A DNA stretch of 64,000 nucleotides from Ferruginibacter sp. GTDB lineage: Bacteria; Bacteroidota; Bacteroidia; Chitinophagales; Chitinophagaceae. The DNA lies in contig JBDTWL010000011.1 in NCBI GenBank assembly GCA_040006715.1, forward strand, positions 3,728-67,727, read 5' to 3'. Shown piece after piece: positions 20,013-30,097 of the stretch (its first letter is position 1; each line of letters opens with the position of its first letter). A model generated the notes under the pieces. The model was not told where the DNA came from and made no database searches. It worked only from the letters and a program-made list of their open reading frames with translations. The translations under genes were made by a program, and so were the position numbers.

Positions 20013-22451
20013 TTAATTTCCGCCTTTAATCCTTTTTGATTCACTTTCCAGCCCAGTTTGTCTTTCGCGCTGGCTCTTCACCTGGCTGTTTCCAAAACGC
20101 CAGCTAAAGCTTACACGAAATGTCTGGCTTTCCCAGGAACCGCCACCCTTGATATATAATCCACCGAAATCATTGGTAGCTTTCCATGGCGCGGTATGGA
20201 AAATATCTGTAGCAGATAATTTGATGGATGCTTTCTTCTGGAACAATTGTTTTTGCAAACCTACGTCTACCCCACCCTGTGGTTTTGTTTTCCAGGTACC
20301 ACCCCATACACTGGGGCCATTATACCAACCGCTCACTTCAGCAGTATAGCTGTGTCCCAACGTAAAGCTTTGCTGCAGGTATGCCCCATAAGAAGACACA
20401 TTATTGTTTACCTTGTTATCCCCGATCGTCCCGCTGAACATCTGGTAGTTGTACCAGATATTTGCATAGCCATTCCACCATTTGTTGATAGACGTTGGTG
20501 AGCCAATGTTGAAATTGATTATCTCCTGTTTTGCCAGGTTCTTCTGCTGAACAAAAGTTGCATTGCCGATTGTATCTGTAGCCTGTGTTGCATAATCTTT
20601 TACATGACTATAGCCAACCGTTGTATTGATCATACCCATGAAAGTATGGGTCAGCTCAACATTATCAGTGTACTGCGGGCGAAGAAAGGCATTTCCTTTT
20701 TCGTAGGTCAGCTCATCCAATTTGTTCTCAAATGGATTAAGGTCCTGGTATGTAGGCCTGTCAATTCTCCTGCTATAGGTAAGGTTGAGGTTGTGCTTCT
20801 GGTTGATATTCCAGGTAACAGCCGCACTTGGGAAAAAGTCGAGGTAATTTGTTTTAACCTTGTTATCAGCCTGGATGATGCCATCAGCCCTTGTCAAAGT
20901 GCCATCACTGTTTGTTTGCTCTGCACGCAAGCCGGCCTGTATACTCCATTTGCTATTCAATTGACGCTGGTAATTCACGTAAGCTGCATTTACATTCTCT
21001 TTATACTCAAAGGCATTGCTCTGGCTTAACTGTTTTACAGGAATCCCATTCACATCATCATTAAAGAATTCAAAGGTATTTTTTGTAGTAACGAATGATG
21101 TTTTAAGTCCGTATCCCAGTTTTGCTTTACCCAATCTTTGTTCTGCATCCAGCTTTGCTGTATAAATATCAATATCTGTCGGAGTATGATTTCTGTTCAC
21201 AATGCTATTGAACAGGTTACCATTCTTTTCATAATAATAATTAGGCTGGTAACTGCGGCCGGTTCCACGGAAAAGACCATAGTCGGCATCAAAATTTATT
21301 TCCCGGCCACTTGTATCTGCATAGCGGTAATTGAGGTTAAAATTGGCATTGGTCCTGCTGCCCGGTAAAGTATTAAAGGCTTTCAGCTTTTTAATATACG
21401 TTTCTGTTGGATTGTAATAGATATCAGTATTACCGTTACTTGACCATTCGTTGTTGCCAAAATTTGTAGTGGCCATAACCCCTATGGTATTTTTGTTGTT
21501 TACAAAATAATCAGCGCCCGCTTTCAGGTTGATACTTTTATCATAGCTGTGCATGATACTTTTCTGATCATACAATGTATCTTTCTGGATACGGTAGAGG
21601 TCAAGTGTATTCTCATAACGTCCCAGGTTACCGCCAACATTCCCGAAAATATTTATCTTCCTATCCCTGTAATTTAAATTCACGGATCCATTTCCTTTTG
21701 GTGTTACGCCCTGTACAAATCCAAGGTTCACACTTCCGTTCGTGCCGAATTTCTTATTCTTTTTCAAACGGATATTCACGATGCCTGCATTCCCGCTGGC
21801 GTCATATTTTGCACTGGGGTTGCTGATCATTTCAATCGCTTCAATGTCGTTGCTGTTAATGCTCTTTAAATATGCTGCCAGGTCCTTTGTATCAAGCTGC
21901 ATCATCTTTCCATCAACATATACTTTCACACCGGTCTTTCCCTTCATGCTGATATTGTCATTGTTATCAACCTGGATACCCGGGCTCTTTTGCAATAATT
22001 CCAGTGCATTGCTGCCGGTAGCATTGATGCTCGCTTCCACGTTGAATACGGTCTTGTCAGCCTTTACTTCGATCATCGGCTTTTTAGAATTAATGGTCAC
22101 ACCCTGCAATTTCACTGCTGATACTGAAAGTGCTTCAGCAGTTACTGATTTAGATTCTCCTGCAGCAAGGGAGAAATTTGCTGAGTATCTCTTTTCAAAG
22201 CCTACCAGCGCATAACTCAAAAGGTAGTCCCCCGCTTTTGAAACAGGGATCTCAAAATTGCCGCCGGCATCCGTTACTGATGCTTTGACGAGGCTGCTGT
22301 CCTTTGCATCAAGCAATGATACCGTAACAGATCCAAGGCCTGCATTCTTCTGGTCTGTAACGATCCCGGCAACCTTTCCGGGGGCTTGTGCCATCGATCC
22401 CATCGAAATAAACAACAGTACAGTTAATAAGGGTAAAAAAAACTTTTTCAT
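20013..22451 (-). CDS. TonB-dependent receptor-like outer-membrane barrel with N-terminal carboxypeptidase-regulatory-like domain
   Basis: Signal peptide, ELLQKSPGIQVD plug, IEMISNPSAKYDASGNAGIVNI, YSRRIDRP and GNAFLRP motifs. Confidence 0.9.
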   Translation of the reverse strand: MKKFFLPLLTVLLFISMGSMAQAPGKVAGIVTDQKNAGLGSVTVSLLDAKDSSLVKASVTDAGGNFEIPVSKAGDYLLSYALVGFEKRYSANFSLAAGESKSVTAEALSVSAVKLQGVTINSKKPMIEVKADKTVFNVEASINATGSNALELLQKSPGIQVDNNDNISMKGKTGVKVYVDGKMMQLDTKDLAAYLKSINSNDIEAIEMISNPSAKYDASGNAGIVNIRLKKNKKFGTNGSVNLGFVQGVTPKGNGSVNLNYRDRKINIFGNVGGNLGRYENTLDLYRIQKDTLYDQKSIMHSYDKSINLKAGADYFVNNKNTIGVMATTNFGNNEWSSNGNTDIYYNPTETYIKKLKAFNTLPGSRTNANFNLNYRYADTSGREINFDADYGLFRGTGRSYQPNYYYEKNGNLFNSIVNRNHTPTDIDIYTAKLDAEQRLGKAKLGYGLKTSFVTTKNTFEFFNDDVNGIPVKQLSQSNAFEYKENVNAAYVNYQRQLNSKWSIQAGLRAEQTNSDGTLTRADGIIQADNKVKTNYLDFFPSAAVTWNINQKHNLNLTYSRRIDRPTYQDLNPFENKLDELTYEKGNAFLRPQYTDNVELTHTFMGMINTTVGYSHVKDYATQATDTIGNATFVQQKNLAKQEIINFNIGSPTSINKWWNGYANIWYNYQMFSGTIGDNKVNNNVSSYGAYLQQSFTLGHSYTAEVSGWYNGPSVWGGTWKTKPQGGVDVGLQKQLFQKKASIKLSATDIFHTAPWKATNDFGGLYIKGGGSWESQTFRVSFSWRFGNSQVKSQRERQTGLESESKRIKGGN

Positions 22452-22636
22452 GCTATACTTTTTAATTTTTTATGTAAGACGCAAAGCAATACCAAAAAGT
22501 TACCGGGCAAGCATTAAATATGGATGAACTGCCATTTATGTGGCATGAATGGGGGCTGTTTAAAATGTTTTTGTGATGAAAGGATTTTAAACGGTATGAG
22601 TGAATTCAGGGTAGTGGTAAAGTTTGAAATCGTACT

Positions 22637-22679
22637 GTCAGCCTCAGCCTGCCTGTCGGCAGACAGGCTTGTCGAAGGC
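22637..22679. repeat. REP-like element with a nested palindromic insert
   Basis: GTCAGCCTCAGC + CTGCCTGTCGGCAGACAGG + CTTGTCGAAGGC; flanks match the uninterrupted copy at 41192-41216. Confidence 0.7.
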
Positions 22680-22859
22680 ATTGAGTTTACTGAATCCGGG
22701 TTCGGCAAATTCACCCTGACAGATAAAACTAATAATAATATTCAAACTGTACCCCTACCGAATTCAGTGGCCAGGAGGCATTAGTCGCCAGACCACTTAT
22801 CTTTACCTTGTCAATCTCAGTATTTTTAGGGCTCATTATACATTCGTCAATCAAATAAA

Positions 22860-25367
22860 ATGCATCGGTGCCTGCCTGTTCTTTTTTATGTTTTACTGCT
22901 TTCCTTTTCATCTGCTGCCCAAACAGGAAAATTATCAGGTACTGTTTATGATACCATAACAAAAGCGCCGCTTGCTTTTGTAAGTGTTTCCATCAAAGGG
23001 ACCAACAAAGGTGTGGTGACAGATATTGACGGGCATTTTTCACTTGATCAATTACCCGGAAATACAACACTATTGATCAGTTATATCGGCTATAAAATAA
23101 AGGAATATGATGCCGGTAAAAATAACCCCTCTGACCTCCGAATCTTTATTGAACGCAAGGGAAGCCAGTTAGAAAATGTTGTCATATCTGCAAACGAGAA
23201 TCCTGCACACAGGATCATACGGCTGCTTCAAAAAAATAAAAAAAAGAACGATCCCGAATCCAAACTTACTTTCAAATACAATGCATACACGATCGCAGCC
23301 TTATCTGCAGGAAGCCGCTTCTGGAATATGAACAGCACTGATACTACCAAACAAAAAAAACAACCTGTTGAAAAACTTGTTCAAAAAACAAAGGATACTG
23401 CGGGTGATAAACTGGGAGCCATGCTTGCACAACGCTTCAAAGAAAATCATTTGATGCTGACCGAGTCTTATACCGAACGCATTTTCCGTTATCCCAATCA
23501 AACAAAAGAGACCGTACTGGCCACAAAAGTATCGGGTATAAAAGAAGCCGCATTTGGCATAACCGGCAGCGACTTTCAACCTTTTGGTTTTTACAGGGAT
23601 TATTTGCAAATGAATACAGAATCCTATGTGAGCCCGGTGGCCAACGGCAGCATCAGCATGTATAAGTTCAGGCTAACGGAAACATTGCTACATGAAAAGG
23701 ACACTACTTTTATCATCAGTTTTGAACCAAGGGCAGGAAAGAATTTCAATGGCTTGAAAGGCGTCATTTATATTAATTCGGATGGCTATGCCATTGAGAA
23801 TGTAATAGCATCCCCCGCAGATGAAACAGGGTTGATCTTTACATTCAGGCTGCAGCAAAAATATGAGAAAGTGGAAGGCAACTGGTTCCCGGTACAATTG
23901 AACACTACCCTTTCACAAAAAGACCTCTTAACAGATTCGGTGATGCTGTATTGGGATTCCCGTTGTTATATTACCAATGCCATATTCAGTAAAACATTTT
24001 TGCGTTCAGCTTTTTCAGACGTACAAATCGAATATCATCCATTGGCAGGCAGGCGCCCTGATACTGCATGGAAATTAATGCGTGCAGATACTTTAAATCA
24101 AAAAAGCAAAATGACCTATGAGACCTTTGAACTGTTGCCCCCAAAATATAAGAACATGATCGGGAAAGCAAACAGTGCCATAAAGATCCTTACGATAGAA
24201 GGCATTCCATGGGGAAAGGTTGATATCCCGTTCAAATACATTCTCTCCGGTATCAATAAATATGAGCGTTTCCGTTTGGGAGCCGGTTTGCAAACAAACC
24301 CTTCCTTCAGCAAATGGTTCTCTGTTGGTGGGTTTGGCGGTTATGGCATTAAAGATAAGGCGTGGAAATACGGGGCCAATATCCTTTTCAGTATCGATCA
24401 AAGAACAAGTACAACGATCCGCTTTAACTATAGCAGGGATATCCTGGAGCCGGGTAATGTGGATTATTTTGTACGCAATGGCTCTGTATTTTCTAACCAG
24501 TCTTTACGTAATTTTTTAAGAAGCCGCATGGATAGTATCGAACAGTACAAAGTTGATCTCAGTACCAAACTACGACCTTCCTTACAGTCAGATATATGGC
24601 TGCTGAATGAACTTCGCAATCCTGCCGGTTATGAATATGATTATAAAGATGCTACTACAAACAAAGACCTCCGGAGGTTTCGCAACACGGAACTGGGCGT
24701 AGGATTCAGGCTTACACACGGCGAAAGCTTTACCCGCATGGGCAGGGCAAAGATCCGTACCAAACCCGCTACGACACAATTGTTGCTGCAAGTTTCAAAA
24801 GGAATAAAAGGTCTTTTAGACGGCGATCTTAATTATACAAAGGCTGCCATTCAATTCAACCATCGTTTTCAATTTAAAAAACTGGGACAAACCTCCTTGC
24901 AAGTTGAAGCCGGCCAGGTATGGGGTGATGTGCCTTATTCCTATTTATTCAATACAAAGGCAACACATTCAGGCAGGCTAAGTGTATATGTTCCCAATAA
25001 TTTTCAAACGGTGGGTTTATATGAATTTGTCAGCAGCAGGACAGCAAGCGTATTTATGGAGCATAATTTTGGGAGCTTATTGTTCAAGCCAAAGAACATT
25101 TCCATAAGACCCGAGATCTTTTTGATACAGAATATCAGTTACGGAAGACTTGACAATGCTGCTTTGCAAAAAAATATTGAGTTTAAGGTCCCCGAAAAAG
25201 GATTATTTGAATCAGGCCTGCTGGTAAAGAACCTTTATCGCAGGAGGTTTCTTTCGGTCGTTTATGTAGGGTTGGGCGGCGGCGTCTTTTACAGGTATGG
25301 ACATTATGCTTTATCAAAAGCCATTGATAACTGGGCTTTCAAATGGGGCTTCAGCATTTCATATTAA
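22860..25367 (+). CDS. DUF5686 outer-membrane protein with N-terminal carboxypeptidase-regulatory-like domain
   Basis: GVVTDIDGHF, ISYIGY, NPAHRII, NKYERFRLG motifs; C-terminal barrel strand ending in aromatic residue. Confidence 0.85.
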   Translation: MHRCLPVLFYVLLLSFSSAAQTGKLSGTVYDTITKAPLAFVSVSIKGTNKGVVTDIDGHFSLDQLPGNTTLLISYIGYKIKEYDAGKNNPSDLRIFIERKGSQLENVVISANENPAHRIIRLLQKNKKKNDPESKLTFKYNAYTIAALSAGSRFWNMNSTDTTKQKKQPVEKLVQKTKDTAGDKLGAMLAQRFKENHLMLTESYTERIFRYPNQTKETVLATKVSGIKEAAFGITGSDFQPFGFYRDYLQMNTESYVSPVANGSISMYKFRLTETLLHEKDTTFIISFEPRAGKNFNGLKGVIYINSDGYAIENVIASPADETGLIFTFRLQQKYEKVEGNWFPVQLNTTLSQKDLLTDSVMLYWDSRCYITNAIFSKTFLRSAFSDVQIEYHPLAGRRPDTAWKLMRADTLNQKSKMTYETFELLPPKYKNMIGKANSAIKILTIEGIPWGKVDIPFKYILSGINKYERFRLGAGLQTNPSFSKWFSVGGFGGYGIKDKAWKYGANILFSIDQRTSTTIRFNYSRDILEPGNVDYFVRNGSVFSNQSLRNFLRSRMDSIEQYKVDLSTKLRPSLQSDIWLLNELRNPAGYEYDYKDATTNKDLRRFRNTELGVGFRLTHGESFTRMGRAKIRTKPATTQLLLQVSKGIKGLLDGDLNYTKAAIQFNHRFQFKKLGQTSLQVEAGQVWGDVPYSYLFNTKATHSGRLSVYVPNNFQTVGLYEFVSSRTASVFMEHNFGSLLFKPKNISIRPEIFLIQNISYGRLDNAALQKNIEFKVPEKGLFESGLLVKNLYRRRFLSVVYVGLGGGVFYRYGHYALSKAIDNWAFKWGFSISY

Positions 25368-25384
25368 ATCCATCATTCTTTCTT

Positions 25385-25750
25385 ATGAGTAATTTAAAGA
25401 CCGGCGATGAATTCAAGGGAGGAATTATTTTTTATTTAGATGAAGAAGGCAAATGCGGCCTTATTGTTTCAAAGCTAGACCTGTCGGGAACAGCGGATTG
25501 GGATGAAGCCGTTCAGTTTTGCAACGATTACCGTGCAGGTGATTTTGATGATTGGCGGCTGCCTACAAAAGAAGAACTGAACCTGTTATATGAAAACAAA
25601 AGCATTGTAGGAAACTATGAACGATTCAGTTATTGGAGTTGTACTGAATATGCTGAACATTTTGCCTGGTTCCAGAATTTCTATAATGGTATACAGGATA
25701 ATGATTTCAAAGATAATACCTGTTATGTCCGGGCTATCCGTGCCTTCTGA
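25385..25750 (+). CDS. DUF1566 (Lcl C-terminal domain) protein
   Basis: GGIIFYLD, DDWRLPTKEEL, YWSCTE and YVRAIRAF motifs; ATG at 25385 preferred. Confidence 0.88.
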   Translation: MSNLKTGDEFKGGIIFYLDEEGKCGLIVSKLDLSGTADWDEAVQFCNDYRAGDFDDWRLPTKEELNLLYENKSIVGNYERFSYWSCTEYAEHFAWFQNFYNGIQDNDFKDNTCYVRAIRAF

Positions 25751-25776
25751 TATCCTGCAACAATTACATTGAAAGG

Positions 25777-26172
25777 TCAGGTGCTCTTCTTTTTCTTTTT
25801 CTTCCCTTTTCTCCCCAGGCTCCACATATTCAATAATAATACCCCGATCAGTATCAGCAGGCCGAAAAATTCCCTTGTTTCCTCTATCCATGGATTTGTT
25901 GCCTGCATGTTTTCAACGATACTTTCTGCATTGTGCCGTTTGATCCAATGGATGACCCCTGTTCTGTCGAAAAATAAATATGCAGCATATACGGCATAAA
26001 TGGCTAAACCAATATAATAAAGGCCGGGCTTATATTTTTTATGAAAGGCCTGGTAACATAAGAAAGCAGCATACAGGTAAATGGGCATCCAGATATAGGG
26101 GTCGGGATCATTATACTGCAGGGCAGCGAATATAATGAATAGGGTAATGAAGGTTATGTTGAATACTTTCAT
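25777..26172 (-). CDS. Transmembrane 220 family protein
   Basis: AALQYNDPDPYIW and EETREFFGL motifs; four hydrophobic segments. Confidence 0.88.
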   Translation of the reverse strand: MKVFNITFITLFIIFAALQYNDPDPYIWMPIYLYAAFLCYQAFHKKYKPGLYYIGLAIYAVYAAYLFFDRTGVIHWIKRHNAESIVENMQATNPWIEETREFFGLLILIGVLLLNMWSLGRKGKKKKKKST

Positions 26173-26470
26173 ATAACAATTTAATGAAAAACTTTCTTAG
26201 ATAAACAAAAAAATGTAGCTTTTATTCTTTGATTATCCGGAGTTCCGGTATCACGAAAATTAAGCAGTCCTGTGCTACCAGGATATTTTTCCCCTTAAAA
26301 CTTGCAACCGTGTATAGATTATTGGTCTATTAGCTAACACAAATACGAGGCCAGTAACAAACGGGTTTTATCGATTTTCAATTTAGACCTCTGACTACCC
26401 TATTTAGTAATAAAAAAATAGCTATTGACAATGTTCGATCCATATTTTAATTTTATGGAAAACATTTTTT

Positions 26471-27178
26471 ATGGAAAAGAACAATCTCAACGACGCATCC
26501 CCCCGTCGTAAGTTTTTGCAAACAATTGCTACAGGCACCGCTGCACTGGGAATTGCAAGTGTCATTTCTCCATTCCAGCAGATCCAGGCCAACCCTGTGT
26601 CTGTATTCAATGACAATGATCCAAGTCCCGATGAATGGTTCAACAAGATCAAGGGAAAACACCGCATGGTCTTTGATGCAACCGAACCACATGATATGTT
26701 CCCATTTGCATGGCCCAAGGTATTCGGGCTTACAAATGCTGCTACCGGCACCCCGTTTAAAGATTGCGGTGTTGTGGTTGTATTGCGCCACGCTGCCATC
26801 GGGTATGCAATGCCTGACGCTATGTGGGCAAAGTATAATTTTGGCGAGGTATTCAAAGCAGATGATCCTAAAACAAAAAAACCATCCACCCGGAATCCTT
26901 TCTGGCAACCTAAACCTGGCGACTTTAAGATCCCGGGCGTAGGAGAAGTTGCCATTGGCATCAACGAACTTCAACAGGATGGCGTAATGTTCTGCGTATG
27001 CAATATGGCGATCACTGTATATAGCGCTGTAATAGCAGATATGATGAAAATGAATGCCGAGGATGTTAAGAAAGATTGGTTGAATAATATACTACCGGGG
27101 ATCCAGGTTGTTCCTTCAGGAGTATGGGCTGTTGGCAGGGCACAAGAGCATGGGTGTGCTTATTGTTTTGCAGGCTAG
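26471..27178 (+). CDS. Tat-exported protein with DsrE-like fold
   Basis: PRRKFL twin-arginine signal; RMVFD, VLRH, FCVCNMA and VVPSGV...AQE..C.Y pattern. Confidence 0.7.
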   Translation: MEKNNLNDASPRRKFLQTIATGTAALGIASVISPFQQIQANPVSVFNDNDPSPDEWFNKIKGKHRMVFDATEPHDMFPFAWPKVFGLTNAATGTPFKDCGVVVVLRHAAIGYAMPDAMWAKYNFGEVFKADDPKTKKPSTRNPFWQPKPGDFKIPGVGEVAIGINELQQDGVMFCVCNMAITVYSAVIADMMKMNAEDVKKDWLNNILPGIQVVPSGVWAVGRAQEHGCAYCFAG

Positions 27179-27200
27179 TGTTGTTTATTAAAAAGTTATT

Positions 27201-27250
27201 ACACGAATTACGCGAATCAAGACGTATGGACTTATTCGTGTGATTCGTGT
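27201..27250. repeat. Intergenic inverted repeat with 9-nt internal period
   Basis: ACACGAATTACGCGAAT / ATTCGTGTGATTCGTGT (15/17 complementary). Confidence 0.75.
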
Positions 27251-27278
27251 ATTAATAATATGGATGGATTTTAGAAAA

Positions 27279-27351
27279 GCGGCAGTAGCTCAGTTGGTAG
27301 AGCATTAGCTTCCCAAGCTAAGGGCCGAGGGTTCGAGTCCCTTTTGCCGCT
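27279..27351 (+). tRNA. tRNA-Gly (CCC)
   Basis: Acceptor GCGGCAG/TTGCCGC, anticodon arm TTAGC-TTCCCAA-GCTAA, T loop GTTCGAG; CCA not encoded. Confidence 0.97.
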
Positions 27352-27365
27352 CTTGAATTTAATGA

Positions 27366-27635
27366 TCAGTGTTTGATAGTAAATGAATCAAACTTGATTT
27401 CTTCCTTTTCTGTTTCTATCAGTTCATTCACTTGTGCTCCCGCAGGGCCCTGCCTGCACCAGTTAACAAATTTTTTCAATTGAATTGATGTGCCTGTGGC
27501 CAGTGCTTCCACATCTCCATTTTCTTTATTTCTTACCCATCCTGTTATTGAAAATGTGATAGCAGCTTTTTTAGTGCTGGCCCTGTAAAAAACACCCTGT
27601 ACTTTTCCTTTTATGAGCAAATGAAATGTAGGCAT
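27366..27635 (-). CDS. acyP: Acylphosphatase
   Basis: GKVQGVFYR, GWVRN and GPAGA signature motifs. Confidence 0.95.
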   Translation of the reverse strand: MPTFHLLIKGKVQGVFYRASTKKAAITFSITGWVRNKENGDVEALATGTSIQLKKFVNWCRQGPAGAQVNELIETEKEEIKFDSFTIKH

Positions 27636-27655
27636 GTGAAGCAGTTATCCGGATA

Positions 27656-28000
27656 CTATAATTTATTCCCTTCTTTGGGAAAGATAATAAAGGGCTTAAA
27701 AGTTTTAGCACTTTCAAAATCCATTAACGCATAAGAAATGATAATGATGATATCCCCTTCTGCACCCTTGCGTGCGGCAGGGCCATTCAGGCAAACGATC
27801 CCGCTTCCCCTGGCGCCCCTGATGAGGTATGTTTCTATTCTTTCCCCGTTATTTACATTTACGATCTGTACCTTTTCATTCTCTATCATATTCGCTGCAT
27901 CCATCAGGTCCTCATCAAGCGTGAGGCTACCCACATAATTCAAATTGGCTTCCGTAATGACCACCCTGTGCACTTTTGATTTTAGAATTTGTATTTGCAT
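27656..28000 (-). CDS. panD: Aspartate 1-decarboxylase
   Basis: [15 protein letters not shown] (Gly-Ser cleavage site), NGERIETY and NGPAAR motifs. Confidence 0.97.
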   Translation of the reverse strand: MQIQILKSKVHRVVITEANLNYVGSLTLDEDLMDAANMIENEKVQIVNVNNGERIETYLIRGARGSGIVCLNGPAARKGAEGDIIIIISYALMDFESAKTFKPFIIFPKEGNKL

Positions 28001-28004
28001 GTTG

Positions 28005-28012
28005 CAAAGTTA
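28005..28012 (-). promoter_or_regulatory. -7 promoter box of panD (candidate leaderless transcript)
   Basis: TAACTTTG-CAAC-ATG on the minus strand. Confidence 0.65.
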
Positions 28013-28024
28013 GGAGTCGTTCTT

Positions 28025-30067
28025 TTATTTTGGCAATATTTGAAAATTCAAAGAATAGACCGTCCCGTTCTCATCGGTATTTACCCTTGTGCCATCAATT
28101 CCCCTTGTACCATTTTCTTTGATATTGGAATGGACGAATATCTTTTCCAAACTATTTAATATACCTCTTTTCGTTTTAGCGTCTGTCTCATCCTTGCTCG
28201 TCAGGATATCTTCCAGGTCGATCGGCGAGGAAGATAAAAATACCTTGAATGTTTCTTCTCCATATGGCCTGGAAATTCCTATCGCCAGGTCACGAAGAAA
28301 AAGGGTATCATATTTTTTTACCAGGCAGTCTTCCCATTTGATGGGTGAAAGATTATCATTCCTGTCTTTTAAATTCTTATTGGGTATTACTGCATTGATG
28401 ATACCATCCGGTTGTATATCCACTATATTAATATAAAAGGGTTTGGTTCCTTTATTGATGATCCTTAAATAGACCTTGTCTCCTTCCCTCAACTCCAGCC
28501 GGCCAAAACGGGTCCTTGATTCCAGCCTGGCACTGTCAATATTTCCCTGCTCATCAAGGAAAACCAATTGAACAACTGCTGAAAGACCTGTCTCGTTTAA
28601 TGCCAGTGCTTTTAAATAACGGAAACGGCTGAACTTTTTTAATGCTGCTTTTAAATTCTCCATACCATCGCCGGGAAAGACAAATCCATCCTGGAATATA
28701 TGATCGCTGTTGGGATATTTCAGGGCCCGGTTATTTATTGACCGGGATGTATCCAGTACAAGATCACAGTTTGGATCAAATTCTATCAACTGGAAATCCT
28801 TTAAGCCATCCTCTATCATTTTGGCAACTGGTTTACTGTCTCTTACAAAAAGTTTCAGCTTTGCTTCTCCATAAGATAGTTCACTGATAAATGCCCATGG
28901 ATTGATCTTAAGAAAATTATCATCAGCACTATCCAGCTTTATTGTTGAGGCAAATGAGGATACACTGGCCACTTTTCCGCTATTGACGGGCGTTTTGCCG
29001 GTAGTGCCCGTTGTACCCGGTTCATAGAAATTGATCTCTGATCCTTTCGTAATGCCTGATACAGATCCTGCATTCAATACAACGAGGTTATTTTTACTCT
29101 GGCTTTTATTGATAGTGAAATAAGATTGTTGCTTTTCATATTTACCGCCGAAAAGTTCCCTGTCAATCCCATCCCCTTCCAGTACAGGCTTTTGATTGGG
29201 CGCTTTTTCTCGCATCACATTTTCGATCAATGCAAAAAGCCCCCGGTAAGTTATATTTCCTTTTAAAGATGAGATCGATCTGCTAAAAGAATAAGACAAT
29301 GAACCTACCGGGTTCTTATTATCATCGAAACATTCATAGTTTAGTTCTTTGGCCTGCGCACCGGAAATAACAACATAGGTTGCAGCATCGGCGCTTAGCT
29401 TTGACCCTGTGCTTTCTTTAAAAACACTCGCATCAGTGGTATTGGAAATTCTTCTCGAGCCAAACTTATTACTCACCATGGGAATATTCCCTCCCCTCAT
29501 TTTAGCAGTTTCAACTCCTCTTGTCCCCGAGCCTGAATGGCATGCATCAATGATCACCAACAGGTCACCGGTCTTACCCAGTTTATTCCTTATCTGTGTT
29601 ACCTTATCTCCAAAAAGGTCATCCCGCAAATATCCGGGGGCCATTTCATCAAATTTTTCCGGGTCAGCAGAAAAAGCAGCACCATAAGGAACGATCGCTT
29701 CATCCAACCCGTCGATCTCATCGTTGTTATCATCTTCTATCTGTTGCCCATGGCTGGAAAAATGAATGACAACAATATCTCCCTTTTTTACTGACGCCAG
29801 TAATTGATCCAATGCATCAACGATCCCTTTTTTTGTTGCCTGCGAATCTACCAATACCTGTATATTCTTTTCATTGAACTGCTGGTTGATCATCAATGCA
29901 TTTTTTATCAGGGGGACGTCATTGGCCGAGTTGATCACCGGCCACCGGTTCTTCCTGGGCTCGGGATAATTGCCAATGGCCACGATCAATGCATGCTTGG
30001 TCTGGGAAATCGCGGCCTGGGTCACCGAACAGCATAAAACAAGAAACAATATGATCCTGGTATTCAT
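28025..30067 (-). CDS. Exported caspase-family (peptidase C14) protein with C-terminal DUF4384-like domain
   Basis: Signal peptide, ALIVAIGNY, HFSSHG and IIDACHSG His-Cys dyad. Confidence 0.9.
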   Translation of the reverse strand: MNTRIILFLVLCCSVTQAAISQTKHALIVAIGNYPEPRKNRWPVINSANDVPLIKNALMINQQFNEKNIQVLVDSQATKKGIVDALDQLLASVKKGDIVVIHFSSHGQQIEDDNNDEIDGLDEAIVPYGAAFSADPEKFDEMAPGYLRDDLFGDKVTQIRNKLGKTGDLLVIIDACHSGSGTRGVETAKMRGGNIPMVSNKFGSRRISNTTDASVFKESTGSKLSADAATYVVISGAQAKELNYECFDDNKNPVGSLSYSFSRSISSLKGNITYRGLFALIENVMREKAPNQKPVLEGDGIDRELFGGKYEKQQSYFTINKSQSKNNLVVLNAGSVSGITKGSEINFYEPGTTGTTGKTPVNSGKVASVSSFASTIKLDSADDNFLKINPWAFISELSYGEAKLKLFVRDSKPVAKMIEDGLKDFQLIEFDPNCDLVLDTSRSINNRALKYPNSDHIFQDGFVFPGDGMENLKAALKKFSRFRYLKALALNETGLSAVVQLVFLDEQGNIDSARLESRTRFGRLELREGDKVYLRIINKGTKPFYINIVDIQPDGIINAVIPNKNLKDRNDNLSPIKWEDCLVKKYDTLFLRDLAIGISRPYGEETFKVFLSSSPIDLEDILTSKDETDAKTKRGILNSLEKIFVHSNIKENGTRGIDGTRVNTDENGTVYSLNFQILPK

Positions 30068-30097
30068 AAATGAGATTTAGGTTGAGGCAGCACAGGT

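Noticed and set aside
22524-22784. 86-aa intergenic ORF
   Set aside because: Runs through a REP-like element and has no recognisable protein features.
27656-28000. panD as part of a CoA-related system with CoaB and NRDE
   Set aside because: It is 10-33 kb away, sits with acyP and tRNA-Gly, and lacks the box; probably housekeeping.
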